In this document: positions 36,584 to 46,569 of the stretch, in pieces
Layout: every line of letters starts with the position of its first letter
Numbering within the stretch: the stretch's first letter is position 1
Assembly: GCA_046543285.1 (NCBI GenBank)
Contig: JBKGZS010000001.1
Span: 1-59,238 of the forward strand
DNA length: 59,238 nt
Direction of reading: 5' to 3'
Source of the DNA: Candidatus Acetothermia bacterium
GTDB lineage: Bacteria > Bipolaricaulota > Bipolaricaulia > M55B111
The notes under the pieces: generated by a model
What the model was told of the DNA's origin: nothing
Database searches by the model: none
Seen by the model: only the letters and a program-made list of their open reading frames with translations
Program-made: the position numbers and the translations under genes

Positions 36584-39211
36584 ATGGAACTGTCGAAGAG
36601 ATATGACCCGCGTCAAGTCGAGGAGAAACGCTACAGGGAATGGGAAGAAAACCACTATTTCCGCACCAAAATAAATTCGGACAAAAAGCCTTTTTCCATG
36701 GTCATTCCACCCCCCAACGTGACCAGTGAACTTCACGTCGGTCACGCTCTACAATTCACCCTTCACGACATCGTTATCCGTTATCAAAGAATGCTCGGCA
36801 AGTCAGCCTGCTGGTTCCCGGGAATGGATCATGCAGGCATAGCTACCCAGAACGTGGTGGAGAAAAACCTCAGAGAAGAAGGCTTGACTCGCCACGACCT
36901 GGGCCGGAAAGAATTTGAACAAAGGGTCTGGGAGTGGAAGGATAAATATGGGGGCAAGATCCGCAGTCAGCTAAAAGCACTGGGGTGCTCCCCGGATTGG
37001 AGCAGGGAAAGATTCACCCTCGACGAAGGGCTGTCGCGGGCCGTCGAAGAGGCATTTATCCAGCTTTACGAGAAAGATTTAATCTACCGCGATAAATACA
37101 TCATCAACTGGTGTCCTCGCTGCAACACCGCCCTTTCTGACATCGAAGTAGAGCATCAGGAAGAAGGAGGGCAGCTCTACTGGATCGACTATCCCCTCGA
37201 AGGATCCGACGAAACCGTTACCATCGCCACCACCCGGCCGGAGACTATGCTGGGCGACACCGCCCTGGCCATTCACCCTCAAGATGAAAGGGCAGAGGAA
37301 CTGGTAGGCAAGACAGCTCTGTTGCCGCTGGTCGGACGACGACTTCCCATCGTGAGGGACGAGGCCATCGATCCGGAATTCGGGACCGGAATTTTAAAGG
37401 TGACTCCGGCCCACGATCCCACGGACTTTGAGATTGGCAATCGTCACGGGCTGGAAGCTCTCAAAGTGATTGACCGCGAGGGAAAGATAGAATTCAAAAG
37501 CAAGTACAAGGATCTGGATCGCTATGAGGCCCGGAAACAGATCGTAACCGACCTGGAAACGGAGGATTACCTGCGAAAGAAGGAGGATTACCGGCATTCC
37601 GTCGGTCACTGTCAGCGCTGTGACACGGTGGTCGAGCCCACCGTTTCCACTCAGTGGTTCATAGAAATGGAAGGACTGGCCAAACCGGCTATCGAAGCGG
37701 TGCGGGAAGATGAAGTCAAACTGATTCCCGAAAGGTGGAAGAAAGTTTACTTCGAGTGGATGGAAAACATTCAGGACTGGTGTATCTCCCGTCAGCTCTG
37801 GTGGGGCCATAGAATCCCCGCCTGGTACTGCGAGGACTGCGATGAGGTAATCGTCTCCCGTTCCAAACCGGAGATCTGCCCCAACTGTGAAAGCAAAAAC
37901 CTTTACCAGGACAAGGACGTCCTAGACACCTGGTTCAGCTCCGCACTGTGGCCGTTCTCCGTCATGGGCTGGCCCGAGGATACAGAAGAGCTCGATTATT
38001 ACTTTCCCACTGACCTTCTGATAACCGGCTTCGACATAATTTTCTTCTGGGTAGCACGGATGATCATGATGAGCCTTCACTTCAAAAACGAGATTCCATT
38101 TCGCGAAGTCCTTCTCACCCCGCTAGTGCTGGATGAAAACGGGGAGAAGATGAGTTCCTCCAAGGGTAATATCCTGGACCCGCTGGAGATAAAGGAGGAA
38201 TATGGAGCTGACGCTTTGCGATTTACCATGGCCTCCTCGACCACAAAGGGGCGGGGGATGAAGCTCAGCGAACGCGAAATCGAAGACAAACGAAACTTCT
38301 TAAACAAACTCTGGAACGCTTCCCGGTTGATTCTGAGCCAACTGGAAGGAGACTCAATCCCCGACTTTCCGGAGAAATCGAGGCTAAAACTCGAGGATCG
38401 CTGGATTCTCAGCCGCTACAACAAAACCATCGACGCGGTTATAAAGTCCCTGGAAAACTATGATTTCAAACGCTGCAGCTCGGAACTTTACGATTTCTTC
38501 TGGAAGGATTTCTGCGACTGGTATCTGGAACTGGTCAAGCCGCGACTTTATTCGGAATCCGCCGATCCCGTGGCCGAAAAGATCCTATACCATCTATTAA
38601 ATGGAGTTTTAAGGGCCCTACATCCCTTTATCCCCTTTATAACCGAGGAGATATGGAACAAAGTCAGCACTGAAAAAGACTCCATAATGTGTGCCAGCTT
38701 TCCCGGGGTCGAGCAACACCTGATAAACGAGGAAGTCGAAGTCAAAATGAAAAACCTTCAGGACGTGATCAACGCGGCGCGAAGCATCAGATCTGAAATG
38801 AACGTCCCGGAGAACGAGACAATCGACGTTCTCATTCACACCGGAAATTCCCAGCTGTCCGATCTAATCGAAGAAAAAGAGATTTTTCTCCGGGAATTAG
38901 TCAAGGTCGGCAAGGTAACGGCCGGAGATGAAATCAGCAGACCACCACAGAGTGCCCGGCGAATCCTGGAAAACGCAGAAGTCCTGGTCCCGCTGGAGGG
39001 GGTCATAGATATACCGGCAGAACGCAGGAGAATTCGCGAAGAGTTATCCCAAGTTCAGGGAAATCTGGAGCGTACATTGAAAAAACTGAACGATGAGGAC
39101 TTTTTGACCAAAGCCCCTGAAGAGGTGGTGGAGAAAGAGAAAAAGAAGCGAGAAGAGTTTGCAGCAAAAAAAGAACGTCTCGTTCTCAACTTAGAGGCTC
39201 TGGAGGATTAG
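36584..39211 (+). CDS. valS: Valine--tRNA ligase
   Basis: PPPNVTSELHVGHAL (HIGH), KMSSSKGN (KMSKS), editing domain, C-terminal coiled coil. Confidence 0.97.
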   Translation: MELSKRYDPRQVEEKRYREWEENHYFRTKINSDKKPFSMVIPPPNVTSELHVGHALQFTLHDIVIRYQRMLGKSACWFPGMDHAGIATQNVVEKNLREEGLTRHDLGRKEFEQRVWEWKDKYGGKIRSQLKALGCSPDWSRERFTLDEGLSRAVEEAFIQLYEKDLIYRDKYIINWCPRCNTALSDIEVEHQEEGGQLYWIDYPLEGSDETVTIATTRPETMLGDTALAIHPQDERAEELVGKTALLPLVGRRLPIVRDEAIDPEFGTGILKVTPAHDPTDFEIGNRHGLEALKVIDREGKIEFKSKYKDLDRYEARKQIVTDLETEDYLRKKEDYRHSVGHCQRCDTVVEPTVSTQWFIEMEGLAKPAIEAVREDEVKLIPERWKKVYFEWMENIQDWCISRQLWWGHRIPAWYCEDCDEVIVSRSKPEICPNCESKNLYQDKDVLDTWFSSALWPFSVMGWPEDTEELDYYFPTDLLITGFDIIFFWVARMIMMSLHFKNEIPFREVLLTPLVLDENGEKMSSSKGNILDPLEIKEEYGADALRFTMASSTTKGRGMKLSEREIEDKRNFLNKLWNASRLILSQLEGDSIPDFPEKSRLKLEDRWILSRYNKTIDAVIKSLENYDFKRCSSELYDFFWKDFCDWYLELVKPRLYSESADPVAEKILYHLLNGVLRALHPFIPFITEEIWNKVSTEKDSIMCASFPGVEQHLINEEVEVKMKNLQDVINAARSIRSEMNVPENETIDVLIHTGNSQLSDLIEEKEIFLRELVKVGKVTAGDEISRPPQSARRILENAEVLVPLEGVIDIPAERRRIREELSQVQGNLERTLKKLNDEDFLTKAPEEVVEKEKKKREEFAAKKERLVLNLEALED

Positions 39212-40530
39212 TGATTAAGCAATACGGGGAGGCCTTGAGATTCCTGGAAGACCTCCCCTTTCGAGACGTTAAACCGGGCCTGGATCGTATCCGCCACTTA
39301 CTCGAGCATTCGGAGATTCCACAAAGCGACGATATCAAGTCGGTTCATATCGCCGGATCAAACGGCAAGGGTTCTGTTCTCGCTCTACTGAAGGCGGCGT
39401 TAAAGAGTACTTATAAAGTGGGCAGTTTCATTTCTCCGCCCCTCCACGGATTTCGTGATAGAATAACTGTCAATGACCGGCCGATTCCGGAGAGGGCTTT
39501 GACGAGAATCATCTCCGAACTGGAAGAACCGATAGCGGAGCTGAAAAGTTCCGGCAACCCCCCAACCCTGTTTGAAGCGGCGACGGCCGTGGGGGCGATT
39601 TACTTCGCCGCCCAGAAGGTTGATCTAGCGCTATGGGAGGTGGGGCTCGGAGGTCGGTTCGACGCCACGGTCGCAGTAGGAGATCCGCTCCTTTCCATCA
39701 TCACCAACATAGAATACGAACACGCCGACATCCTGGGACCCGGTATCCAAGAGATAGCCCGGGAAATTTCCGGCGTGGTACGCGAGGCCCGCCCACTTGT
39801 TCACGGTCCACTGGAAAACTCCAAGCGGGAAATCGTTCAGGAAGAATGCGACAAAAAGAACTCTCAAATAATTACGACAGAGCAGACTGTCCAGGTACAG
39901 TTGAGAGATCTCGATTGGTCCAGGTCCACCTTTAAGGTCAGCGGGGAATCAGCTCGGAATCTCGCAGATCCAGAGGTTAAGCTTCCTCTGCTGGGAGGTT
40001 TTCAACGAGAAAACCTTGCTGTGGCCCTGACCGCCCTCCTGGCCCTGGGAGATCAAGGGTTGGCACTGAAGCCGGAGGAAGTCCAGCGTGGCCTAGAGAA
40101 GGCAAGTTGGCCAGGCAGGTTCCAGCTGGTAAGGCGGAGCCCCCGCGTGGTCCTCGATGGAGCTCACAATCTCCCTGCAGCCCGGACCTTGAAGCGAGAA
40201 CTCGATCGCTATAAGGATGTCGGTCAGGGGTTCGACGCAGCAGTGCTTGTCTTCAGCGCTCTGAAGGACAAAGACTACCAGGGGATGATGGGGACGCTCG
40301 CACCTTCTTTCCAACAAATCATCCTTACTCAGCTGGATCATTACAGGGCTCTGCCCGCGAAACAGTTGGCAGACGCTGCAGAAGAGGTTGGTATTCCATA
40401 TACTATAACATCGCAACCAGGGCAGGCTTTTGAGCAGGCTCTAGCCCGAGTTGCCGCCAAAGACTTAATTTGCATCACCGGTTCACTCTACCTGATAAGG
40501 GAGGCCGTAAGTAATGGATTTACAGAGTAG
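39211..40530 (+). CDS. folC: Bifunctional folylpolyglutamate synthase / dihydrofolate synthase
   Basis: Mur-ligase P-loop HIAGSNGKGSV. The GTG start shares one nt with the valS stop. Confidence 0.85.
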   Translation: MIKQYGEALRFLEDLPFRDVKPGLDRIRHLLEHSEIPQSDDIKSVHIAGSNGKGSVLALLKAALKSTYKVGSFISPPLHGFRDRITVNDRPIPERALTRIISELEEPIAELKSSGNPPTLFEAATAVGAIYFAAQKVDLALWEVGLGGRFDATVAVGDPLLSIITNIEYEHADILGPGIQEIAREISGVVREARPLVHGPLENSKREIVQEECDKKNSQIITTEQTVQVQLRDLDWSRSTFKVSGESARNLADPEVKLPLLGGFQRENLAVALTALLALGDQGLALKPEEVQRGLEKASWPGRFQLVRRSPRVVLDGAHNLPAARTLKRELDRYKDVGQGFDAAVLVFSALKDKDYQGMMGTLAPSFQQIILTQLDHYRALPAKQLADAAEEVGIPYTITSQPGQAFEQALARVAAKDLICITGSLYLIREAVSNGFTE

Positions 40531-41251
40531 GGTTCAGGAGCTGAAACAGTCTACTATTCCCGAGCACGTAGCAATTATCCCTGACGGCAACGGCAGGTGG
40601 GGCACCAGTCGGGGAATGAGCAGGACGGAAGGGCACGAGAAGGGGGCGGAAGTCTCGGAGCAATTGATCGAATTTGTCTCCGCCAACCTGCCGGTGGAAG
40701 TTCTGACTTTTTACACCTTTTCCACGGAAAACTGGGCCCGCCCGGACCCCGAAGTGAAGTTTCTAATGAACCTGCTGAAGCAGTTCCTCCAGGCCAAGGA
40801 GAGCAAGTTGAACGACCAGAACATCAAGTTCAGTTTTATCGGCGACCTGGAACCAATTCCCCCCAAAACCGCTCAGATGGTGCAAAAAGTAACGAAAAGC
40901 ACCGCGGGCAACGATGGGTTGCACCTGGTTATGGCCTTAAACTACGGGGGGCGACAGGAGATACTGCACTGCACTCGATCACTCATAGAAGAGGCGGAAA
41001 AAGGGGCGCTTCGGAAGGAAGACCTAACCGAGGAGACCTTCTCCAGCCACCTGTACACGGCCGCTATTCCCGATCCGGATCTGCTGATTAGAACTAGCGG
41101 CGAAATTAGGATCAGCAACTTTCTCTTGTGGCAACTAGCTTACGCGGAATTCTGGACCACGGAAACCCTCTGGCCGGACTTTACCCCTGAAAAGTTACTG
41201 GACGCCCTAAAAGACTACCAGGGGAGAGACAGAAGATTTGGCACAGTTTAA
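40514..41251 (+). CDS. uppS: Isoprenyl transferase (undecaprenyl-diphosphate synthase)
   Basis: HVAIIPDGNGRWG, FSTENW.RP, RTSGEIRISNFLLWQLAYAEF boxes. Confidence 0.95.
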   Translation: MDLQSRVQELKQSTIPEHVAIIPDGNGRWGTSRGMSRTEGHEKGAEVSEQLIEFVSANLPVEVLTFYTFSTENWARPDPEVKFLMNLLKQFLQAKESKLNDQNIKFSFIGDLEPIPPKTAQMVQKVTKSTAGNDGLHLVMALNYGGRQEILHCTRSLIEEAEKGALRKEDLTEETFSSHLYTAAIPDPDLLIRTSGEIRISNFLLWQLAYAEFWTTETLWPDFTPEKLLDALKDYQGRDRRFGTV

Positions 41252-41265
41252 GAGAGGATAGATAG

Positions 41266-42087
41266 GTGAATACAACGGCAAAGAGGATCCTTACAGCAGT
41301 AATTATGGTCCCGGGGGTTTTTGCCCTGCTGTTCTTTGCCAAAAGAAATCACTTTCCCTGGGCGGTGGGGATCTTCTTAGCTCTCAGTTCGGGAATCGCA
41401 GTTTTTGAATTCTCCCAGCTCATGGCTAAGGCGGGACTGCAACTCAGACCCCTTTCCCTGGCCCTGATAGCTTCTCTGAGCTTCTTTGCTCTGATCTGGT
41501 TTGACCCCCAACAAACCCTGCTCATCGGGGGATCTACTCTTCTCGCAGGTACACTCATCAACATTCGAAATTTAAGCTTGTCCAAAAATCTCAAAAATGC
41601 CGCGGCGGCGATCCTGGCCCTGATCTACATTCCCTGGCTGCTGCATTACTTTTACGTCATCTACGCCGCCCAAGATGGAATAGTTCATGCCATCAACGTG
41701 CTGCTGATAGTCTGGGGTTACGACACTGGAGCATATTTCGCAGGCCGCTGGCTGGGAAAACATCAGATCGCCCCCCACATCAGTCCCAACAAAACAATCG
41801 AAGGACTGGGCGGGGGATTGGTAGTGGCCTTTCTAGGAGCATCTCTTTCCCCAGTCTGGGTTCCGTATATGGCCTGGATACCTCATATTTTGCTGATTGC
41901 TTTTCTGGTCGGCCTCTCCACGCAGCTCGGTGATCTGGTAGAATCAAGCTTCAAGAGACTAGCGGGAGTGAAAGACTCCGGCGAACTGTTACCCGGCCAC
42001 GGGGGAGTGCTGGATCGAATTGACGGCCTGTTGTTAGCCTTGCCTACATTTTATTTTTACTTCCATTACATTCTTCGCTTTATTTGA
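41266..42087 (+). CDS. cdsA: Phosphatidate cytidylyltransferase
   Basis: Polytopic protein. C-terminal signature SFKRLAGVKDSGELLPGHGGVLDRIDG. GTG start. Confidence 0.85.
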   Translation: MNTTAKRILTAVIMVPGVFALLFFAKRNHFPWAVGIFLALSSGIAVFEFSQLMAKAGLQLRPLSLALIASLSFFALIWFDPQQTLLIGGSTLLAGTLINIRNLSLSKNLKNAAAAILALIYIPWLLHYFYVIYAAQDGIVHAINVLLIVWGYDTGAYFAGRWLGKHQIAPHISPNKTIEGLGGGLVVAFLGASLSPVWVPYMAWIPHILLIAFLVGLSTQLGDLVESSFKRLAGVKDSGELLPGHGGVLDRIDGLLLALPTFYFYFHYILRFI

Positions 42088-42098
42088 GGGAGGTAAAC

Positions 42099-42284
42099 AT
42101 GAGCATTGAAGACCTGGCAGAGGGAACTACGGAAACGGAAGCTCCAGTTGCCATCTGGAGAGATACGGAATCCGAGGAGATAATATTTCAGTACGGCTAC
42201 GTCAGCATCAGCATGCCCGTCGAAGATTACGGTGGATTGTTGGAGCTGATGAACGAAGCCTGGAAGGAACTGGAGGGAGATTGA
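42099..42284 (+). CDS. Small acidic hypothetical protein (61 aa from ATG 42099)
   Basis: GAGGGAGG lies 5 nt upstream of ATG 42099, directly after the cdsA stop. No recognisable motif. Confidence 0.4.
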   Translation: MSIEDLAEGTTETEAPVAIWRDTESEEIIFQYGYVSISMPVEDYGGLLELMNEAWKELEGD

Positions 42285-42462
42285 ACCTCGCTTATTTACT
42301 TAAACACCCAAACCCCCGGAGCAATCAACCCGCATATTACCAGCATGAGGACAGTTGCTCTGGAAGGCAGTCTCGCCAAGCATTACAATAGAGACAGATG
42401 TCACTTTATCCCCTGTTCCGGACCCCGTTAGGGGAACATGATAATTCAACCGAGGTGGGAAA

Positions 42463-42672
42463 ATGGCTCTACAGAGATTCCTGTTCCGAGTAAAAGACAG
42501 ACAAGTGGAGGCGGAAGCAAACAAGATGGTGGAAAGCCTGGGAGTCGAAGACGTGGAAATAAGGAGAGACGAGACCGTCCGGCAAGCCTGGCTGGAAGAT
42601 TACGAAACGGGTCAAACCATCTACGGGCTCCCCGAGATAGAGGAGTACCTGGAGAATCTCGTTCAGTCCTGA
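42463..42672 (+). CDS. Small hypothetical protein (69 aa)
   Basis: GAGGTGG RBS 4 nt before the ATG. Charged, alpha/beta-looking sequence. No recognisable motif. Confidence 0.45.
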   Translation: MALQRFLFRVKDRQVEAEANKMVESLGVEDVEIRRDETVRQAWLEDYETGQTIYGLPEIEEYLENLVQS

Positions 42673-42717
42673 ACTTCGACCGATCAAGGGTTCCACGTTA
42701 GCCTGTGAGGAGGAAAA

Positions 42718-43110
42718 ATGGAAAAAGCACTGGTGCTCCTCGGGGTTTCGCTGGTTGTTGGGGGTCTCATCTTGGGTCTTCAGTGGGATCACGGGGTCCA
42801 AGAAAGATATTATCAGGTGGGAGTGGCCAGCTGGTACGGACCGAATTTCGACGGTCAACCCACGGCCAGTGGAGAAGTCTTCGACATGGAGGCAATGACT
42901 GCCGCTCATAAGTCCTTGCCCTTCGATACTCGTGTCAAAGTAGTCGATCTGGAAACCGGCAGAGAGGTGGAGGTCAAGATAAATGACAGAGGGCCTTTCA
43001 TAGAAGGCAGGATCATCGATCTCTCTCGAAGAGCTGCAGAAGAATTGGGAATAATCGGACGAGGTACCACCAAGGTGGGTCTCAAAATAGTGGAGATGGG
43101 GGAAAAATAG
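42718..43110 (+). CDS. rlpA: RlpA-like double-psi beta-barrel (septal-ring lytic transglycosylase family) protein
   Basis: N-terminal TM/signal segment, then ASWYGPNFDGQPTASGEVFDMEAMTAAHKSLPFDTRVKVVDLETGREVEVKINDRGPF. Confidence 0.8.
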   Translation: MEKALVLLGVSLVVGGLILGLQWDHGVQERYYQVGVASWYGPNFDGQPTASGEVFDMEAMTAAHKSLPFDTRVKVVDLETGREVEVKINDRGPFIEGRIIDLSRRAAEELGIIGRGTTKVGLKIVEMGEK

Positions 43111-43166
43111 CCTCAAAGGCACTGATTTTAATTTTAATTTGAATTTCACCAACTGGTGTTGAACTG

Positions 43167-45533
43167 ATGTCTCAGTCCGATATTACAAACCAGCGAACCC
43201 TCGGGGATCTGGAGTTTGACAAGCTTAAATCCATCCTCAAGGATCGAGCGGCTTCGCCATTGGGAAGAGCGGGAGTGGAGGAACTGCAGCCATCCCAGGA
43301 CGTATCCCGCATCGAGTCCTCTCTACAGGTGGTTAAAGAATGCAAAACTTTGCTCCGGAGAAAAAACCCCCTTTCCTTGGGCGAAATGGAGGATCTGCAT
43401 CCTCTTTTCGAAAAGGCACGGGAACACCCTCCGTTAACCCCCGAGGAACTGCTTAGCATCGCGAGCACTCTGGAAAGCGGAGCCGGGGCCAAAGAATATA
43501 TTCTGGAACTAGAGGAGGACTTTCCTCGACTGCGCAGGATAATCACGGAAATCAGCCCGCAGTCCGAGCTCAGGCAAAAAATCCGGAGCCAAATTGACCG
43601 CCGGGGGGAGATCAGGGACCGAGCGACCCCTGAGTTATATCGCCTGCTTTCCAAAAAAAGGGAGTCCGAAGAAAAAGTAAAAGAGATTTTGAACGATTTC
43701 TTGTCCAGAAACCGCAACGTGGTCCAGGACTCGGTGATCGCCAGGCGCTCCAACCGGCTGGTAATACCCATCAAGAGTTCGGCCCGAAACCAGATTCAGT
43801 GCGTAGTACATGAAAGCTCAAACTCCGGTAAAACACTCTTTGCCGAACCGTCTTCCGCGGTGGAGCTTAACAACGAGATCCGGGATCTGGCCTCGGAGAT
43901 CCGGGACGAGAAAAACAAGATTCTTCGCGAGCTGACCGCTTCCTTCCAGGCCGAGGAAAAACGAATTAAAAGAACCCAGGCCGCGCTCAAGAAACTAGAT
44001 TCCGCCTACGCACGGGCCAGGTACGCACTGGACTATAAATGCCACAACCCGAAGATCATGGAAGAGGGGGAGATCGAACTATTCGACGCTCGCCATCCCC
44101 TGCTGGATCAGGAGGAGGTCGTTCCCATCAGCTTGAGCTTCGGGTCCTCCAACCAGGGCGCCGTGATCACGGGACCGAATACGGGAGGTAAAACTGTAAC
44201 TCTAAAGACCATCGGCCTGTTCGGTCTGATGATCCAGTCCGGGATACCCATTCCAGCTTCCATCGACAGTAAATTCTCGGTCTTCGACGGGATATACAGT
44301 GACATCGGCGACGAACAGAGCATCGAGCAGAGCCTGTCCACTTTCTCCTCCCACATGAACAACATCGTCGACATCCTGGCCTCGATAGACAGCGACAGCC
44401 TGGTATTGCTGGACGAACTGGGGGCTGGTACCGATCCCCAGGAGGGGGCCGCACTGGGGCTGGGTCTGGTCGAGTACCTATTAAAACGGGGAGCTCAATT
44501 TGCCGTAACTACCCACTTCACGGCACTCAAACACTTTTCCTTCAACCACCCCCAGCTCAAAACCCTCTCCGTGGACTTCGACCCCGAAGAACTGGTGCCC
44601 ACCTACCACATCCTGGAAGGGGTTCCTGGTAGAAGTAACGCCTTTATCATCGCCCGACGATTGGGAGTTCCCGACGAGGTAATAGAGGAAGCCACAAACT
44701 TTCTGGAAGAAGGCGAGATTCAGGCCGAAGACATAATTGAACAGCTGGCAAACGAGAAGCGAAAAGTTGAACAGCGAAGCCAAAAGATGAAGAGCGAGCT
44801 ACAGGAAGCAAAGCAGCTCAGAGAGGAATACGAACAGAAATTGTCTGAGATTCGCGGCAGCAAGCAGGCCGCCTTGAACGAAGAACTGGTGGAGCTAGAA
44901 AAGTTTATAAAACAGGCCAAAAAAGAGATCGAGCAGGAAATTGCCGATGCCAAGGAAGGCGATCTGGAAAAAGCTCGAGAAAATCGGCAAGCGATCTCGG
45001 AGCTGGAAGAGACCGCCGATGGCTACAGAAGCTCCATCGAAGAAGAACAGCGACCTTCTACCTCCCTGGAGAAGGGAAACCTGGAAATCGATCAGCGAGT
45101 CTGGGTGAAAAGCGCCCAGAATCATGGAAAGATCGCGAAGATCAACGACGGAAAGCAGATCGTGGTTCAGATTAAAAACAAGAAGATCGAAACCAGCCTG
45201 GGGGACCTGGAACCCCCCAAAAACTCCGCCCCTTCTGGCTCCCGTCAGGGGTCTGCAACTTACCACTCCTCAACCCCCGGCGATCAGGATCTGAAAATGG
45301 AACTCAACCTCAGAGGCATGCGCGTTCGGGAGGCTCTCAGGGAAGTAGACCGCTACCTTGACAGACTTATAAGGGCAGATAGAAAAAAAGGGAGGATATT
45401 ACACGGGAAAGGCACCGGAACTCTCCGAAAAGCGGTCAGAACACACCTTCAAAATCAACCGCTCGTCGATCGCTGCTATAGCCCTCCTCGAGCTGAAGGC
45501 GGACAAGGTGTAACCGTCTTCGAGCTCAACTGA
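43167..45533 (+). CDS. mutS2: Endonuclease MutS2 (MutS ATPase plus C-terminal Smr domain)
   Basis: Walker A GPNTGGKTV, DELGAGTDPQEG, long coiled coil. C-terminal Smr (LNLRGMRVREALREVDRYLD...ILHGKGTGTLRKAV). Confidence 0.95.
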   Translation: MSQSDITNQRTLGDLEFDKLKSILKDRAASPLGRAGVEELQPSQDVSRIESSLQVVKECKTLLRRKNPLSLGEMEDLHPLFEKAREHPPLTPEELLSIASTLESGAGAKEYILELEEDFPRLRRIITEISPQSELRQKIRSQIDRRGEIRDRATPELYRLLSKKRESEEKVKEILNDFLSRNRNVVQDSVIARRSNRLVIPIKSSARNQIQCVVHESSNSGKTLFAEPSSAVELNNEIRDLASEIRDEKNKILRELTASFQAEEKRIKRTQAALKKLDSAYARARYALDYKCHNPKIMEEGEIELFDARHPLLDQEEVVPISLSFGSSNQGAVITGPNTGGKTVTLKTIGLFGLMIQSGIPIPASIDSKFSVFDGIYSDIGDEQSIEQSLSTFSSHMNNIVDILASIDSDSLVLLDELGAGTDPQEGAALGLGLVEYLLKRGAQFAVTTHFTALKHFSFNHPQLKTLSVDFDPEELVPTYHILEGVPGRSNAFIIARRLGVPDEVIEEATNFLEEGEIQAEDIIEQLANEKRKVEQRSQKMKSELQEAKQLREEYEQKLSEIRGSKQAALNEELVELEKFIKQAKKEIEQEIADAKEGDLEKARENRQAISELEETADGYRSSIEEEQRPSTSLEKGNLEIDQRVWVKSAQNHGKIAKINDGKQIVVQIKNKKIETSLGDLEPPKNSAPSGSRQGSATYHSSTPGDQDLKMELNLRGMRVREALREVDRYLDRLIRADRKKGRILHGKGTGTLRKAVRTHLQNQPLVDRCYSPPRAEGGQGVTVFELN

Positions 45534-45995
45534 TCCTCACCTTCAGGCCATCTGTAGAGGAACTGGAAACGGCGAAGATCATAAATCCGGCCCTTGATCT
45601 CCTCATACCCTTCAGTTATAATCTGCCGGTAAATCCGAGTTTCACCATGTGGAACCCCTCTACAACAGGGGATTACAAATACTTATATCAAATATATAGC
45701 GTAGCATAGGAAAGAGATTTTTAGCTTGGATATTTTGTTTTTGATCTTCCTTTTATTTTGTGGTTCCGATAATACCACTCACCGCCAAAGCAGGGAAGGT
45801 GAAGCCCGGATGCGGTGCCGGAAAGTCCGTGGCTAGGTGTCAGCCGGTATAGGGTTCGTAGCCCGACGGATTAGGGTTTTAGCGACTGCTCAGCCTCCTT
45901 GGCAGCGTGAATTTTCCCCGGTCCGTTCAAGGCTGCTGTTCGATTCAGCAAGGGCAAGGGAAACCTAAGCCTTCCCTTATCCGCTTATTTTCGTG

Positions 45996-46544
45996 TCACG
46001 ATCCTTTCATTTTAAGGGCCAGCAAGAGAAAAATCCCCGCGCCGATTATACCATCTCCCAGGCTAAAAGCAGTTGAAAGAGGTATCCAGGCTGGCAAGTA
46101 AAACCTATCCCCGAGAAAATTCAGAGCAGTCTGAGAATTCATTTCCGTTACGTTTCCCAATTGTCCCGAATCGAGCAGGCCCTGTGCGGCCAGATGATTG
46201 CCCGCGTTGCGCAAAGCGGTTACCGAGGCGGGCATATATCCTCCGTTACCGGCTATCGCCATTACGTTCAAGGACATGCCCAACCCCATCATCAGTATCT
46301 GCCAGACCCTCCAGTTCAGCAAACCAAAGATAAATAACAGAAAGTAAGACGTAAGGTGCAAAATTGAATTAGCGGACTGCAGTAAAGCCTCCGCGCCAAA
46401 CAGAGGGAAAATTAATATCTGTATCAGCAGGGCCAATCCCACCAACCAGGCCCCTCGGATTTCCAGGCGAGCCAGATTGGAAATACTTCCACCTCGAAGG
46501 TAACCAGCTATCAAACCGAAAAAGATGGCCCAGAACAATATCAT
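45996..46544 (-). CDS. Small polytopic membrane protein (DUF5317-like)
   Basis: 182 aa with 5-6 TM helices, directly downstream of the HD-GYP gene. Family name is from memory and tentative. Confidence 0.55.
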   Translation of the reverse strand: MILFWAIFFGLIAGYLRGGSISNLARLEIRGAWLVGLALLIQILIFPLFGAEALLQSANSILHLTSYFLLFIFGLLNWRVWQILMMGLGMSLNVMAIAGNGGYMPASVTALRNAGNHLAAQGLLDSGQLGNVTEMNSQTALNFLGDRFYLPAWIPLSTAFSLGDGIIGAGIFLLLALKMKGS

Positions 46545-46569
46545 GATCTACTAATGATAAGTTAAATCG

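Noticed and set aside
42469-43152. 227-aa minus-strand ORF
   Set aside because: It is antisense to the well-supported RlpA-like gene and the 69-aa ORF. It has no RBS or motif.
45820-45880. RNase P RNA, from the local resemblance of GGAAAGUCCGUGGC and AUAGGGUUCGUAG to E. coli M1 RNA segments
   Set aside because: I cannot find a complementary P4 3' strand (ACAGAANCCGGCUUA-like). The GC-rich block is only about 215 nt, and the order of the resembling segments does not reconstruct the P4 pseudoknot. I keep it only as an unclassified RNA candidate.
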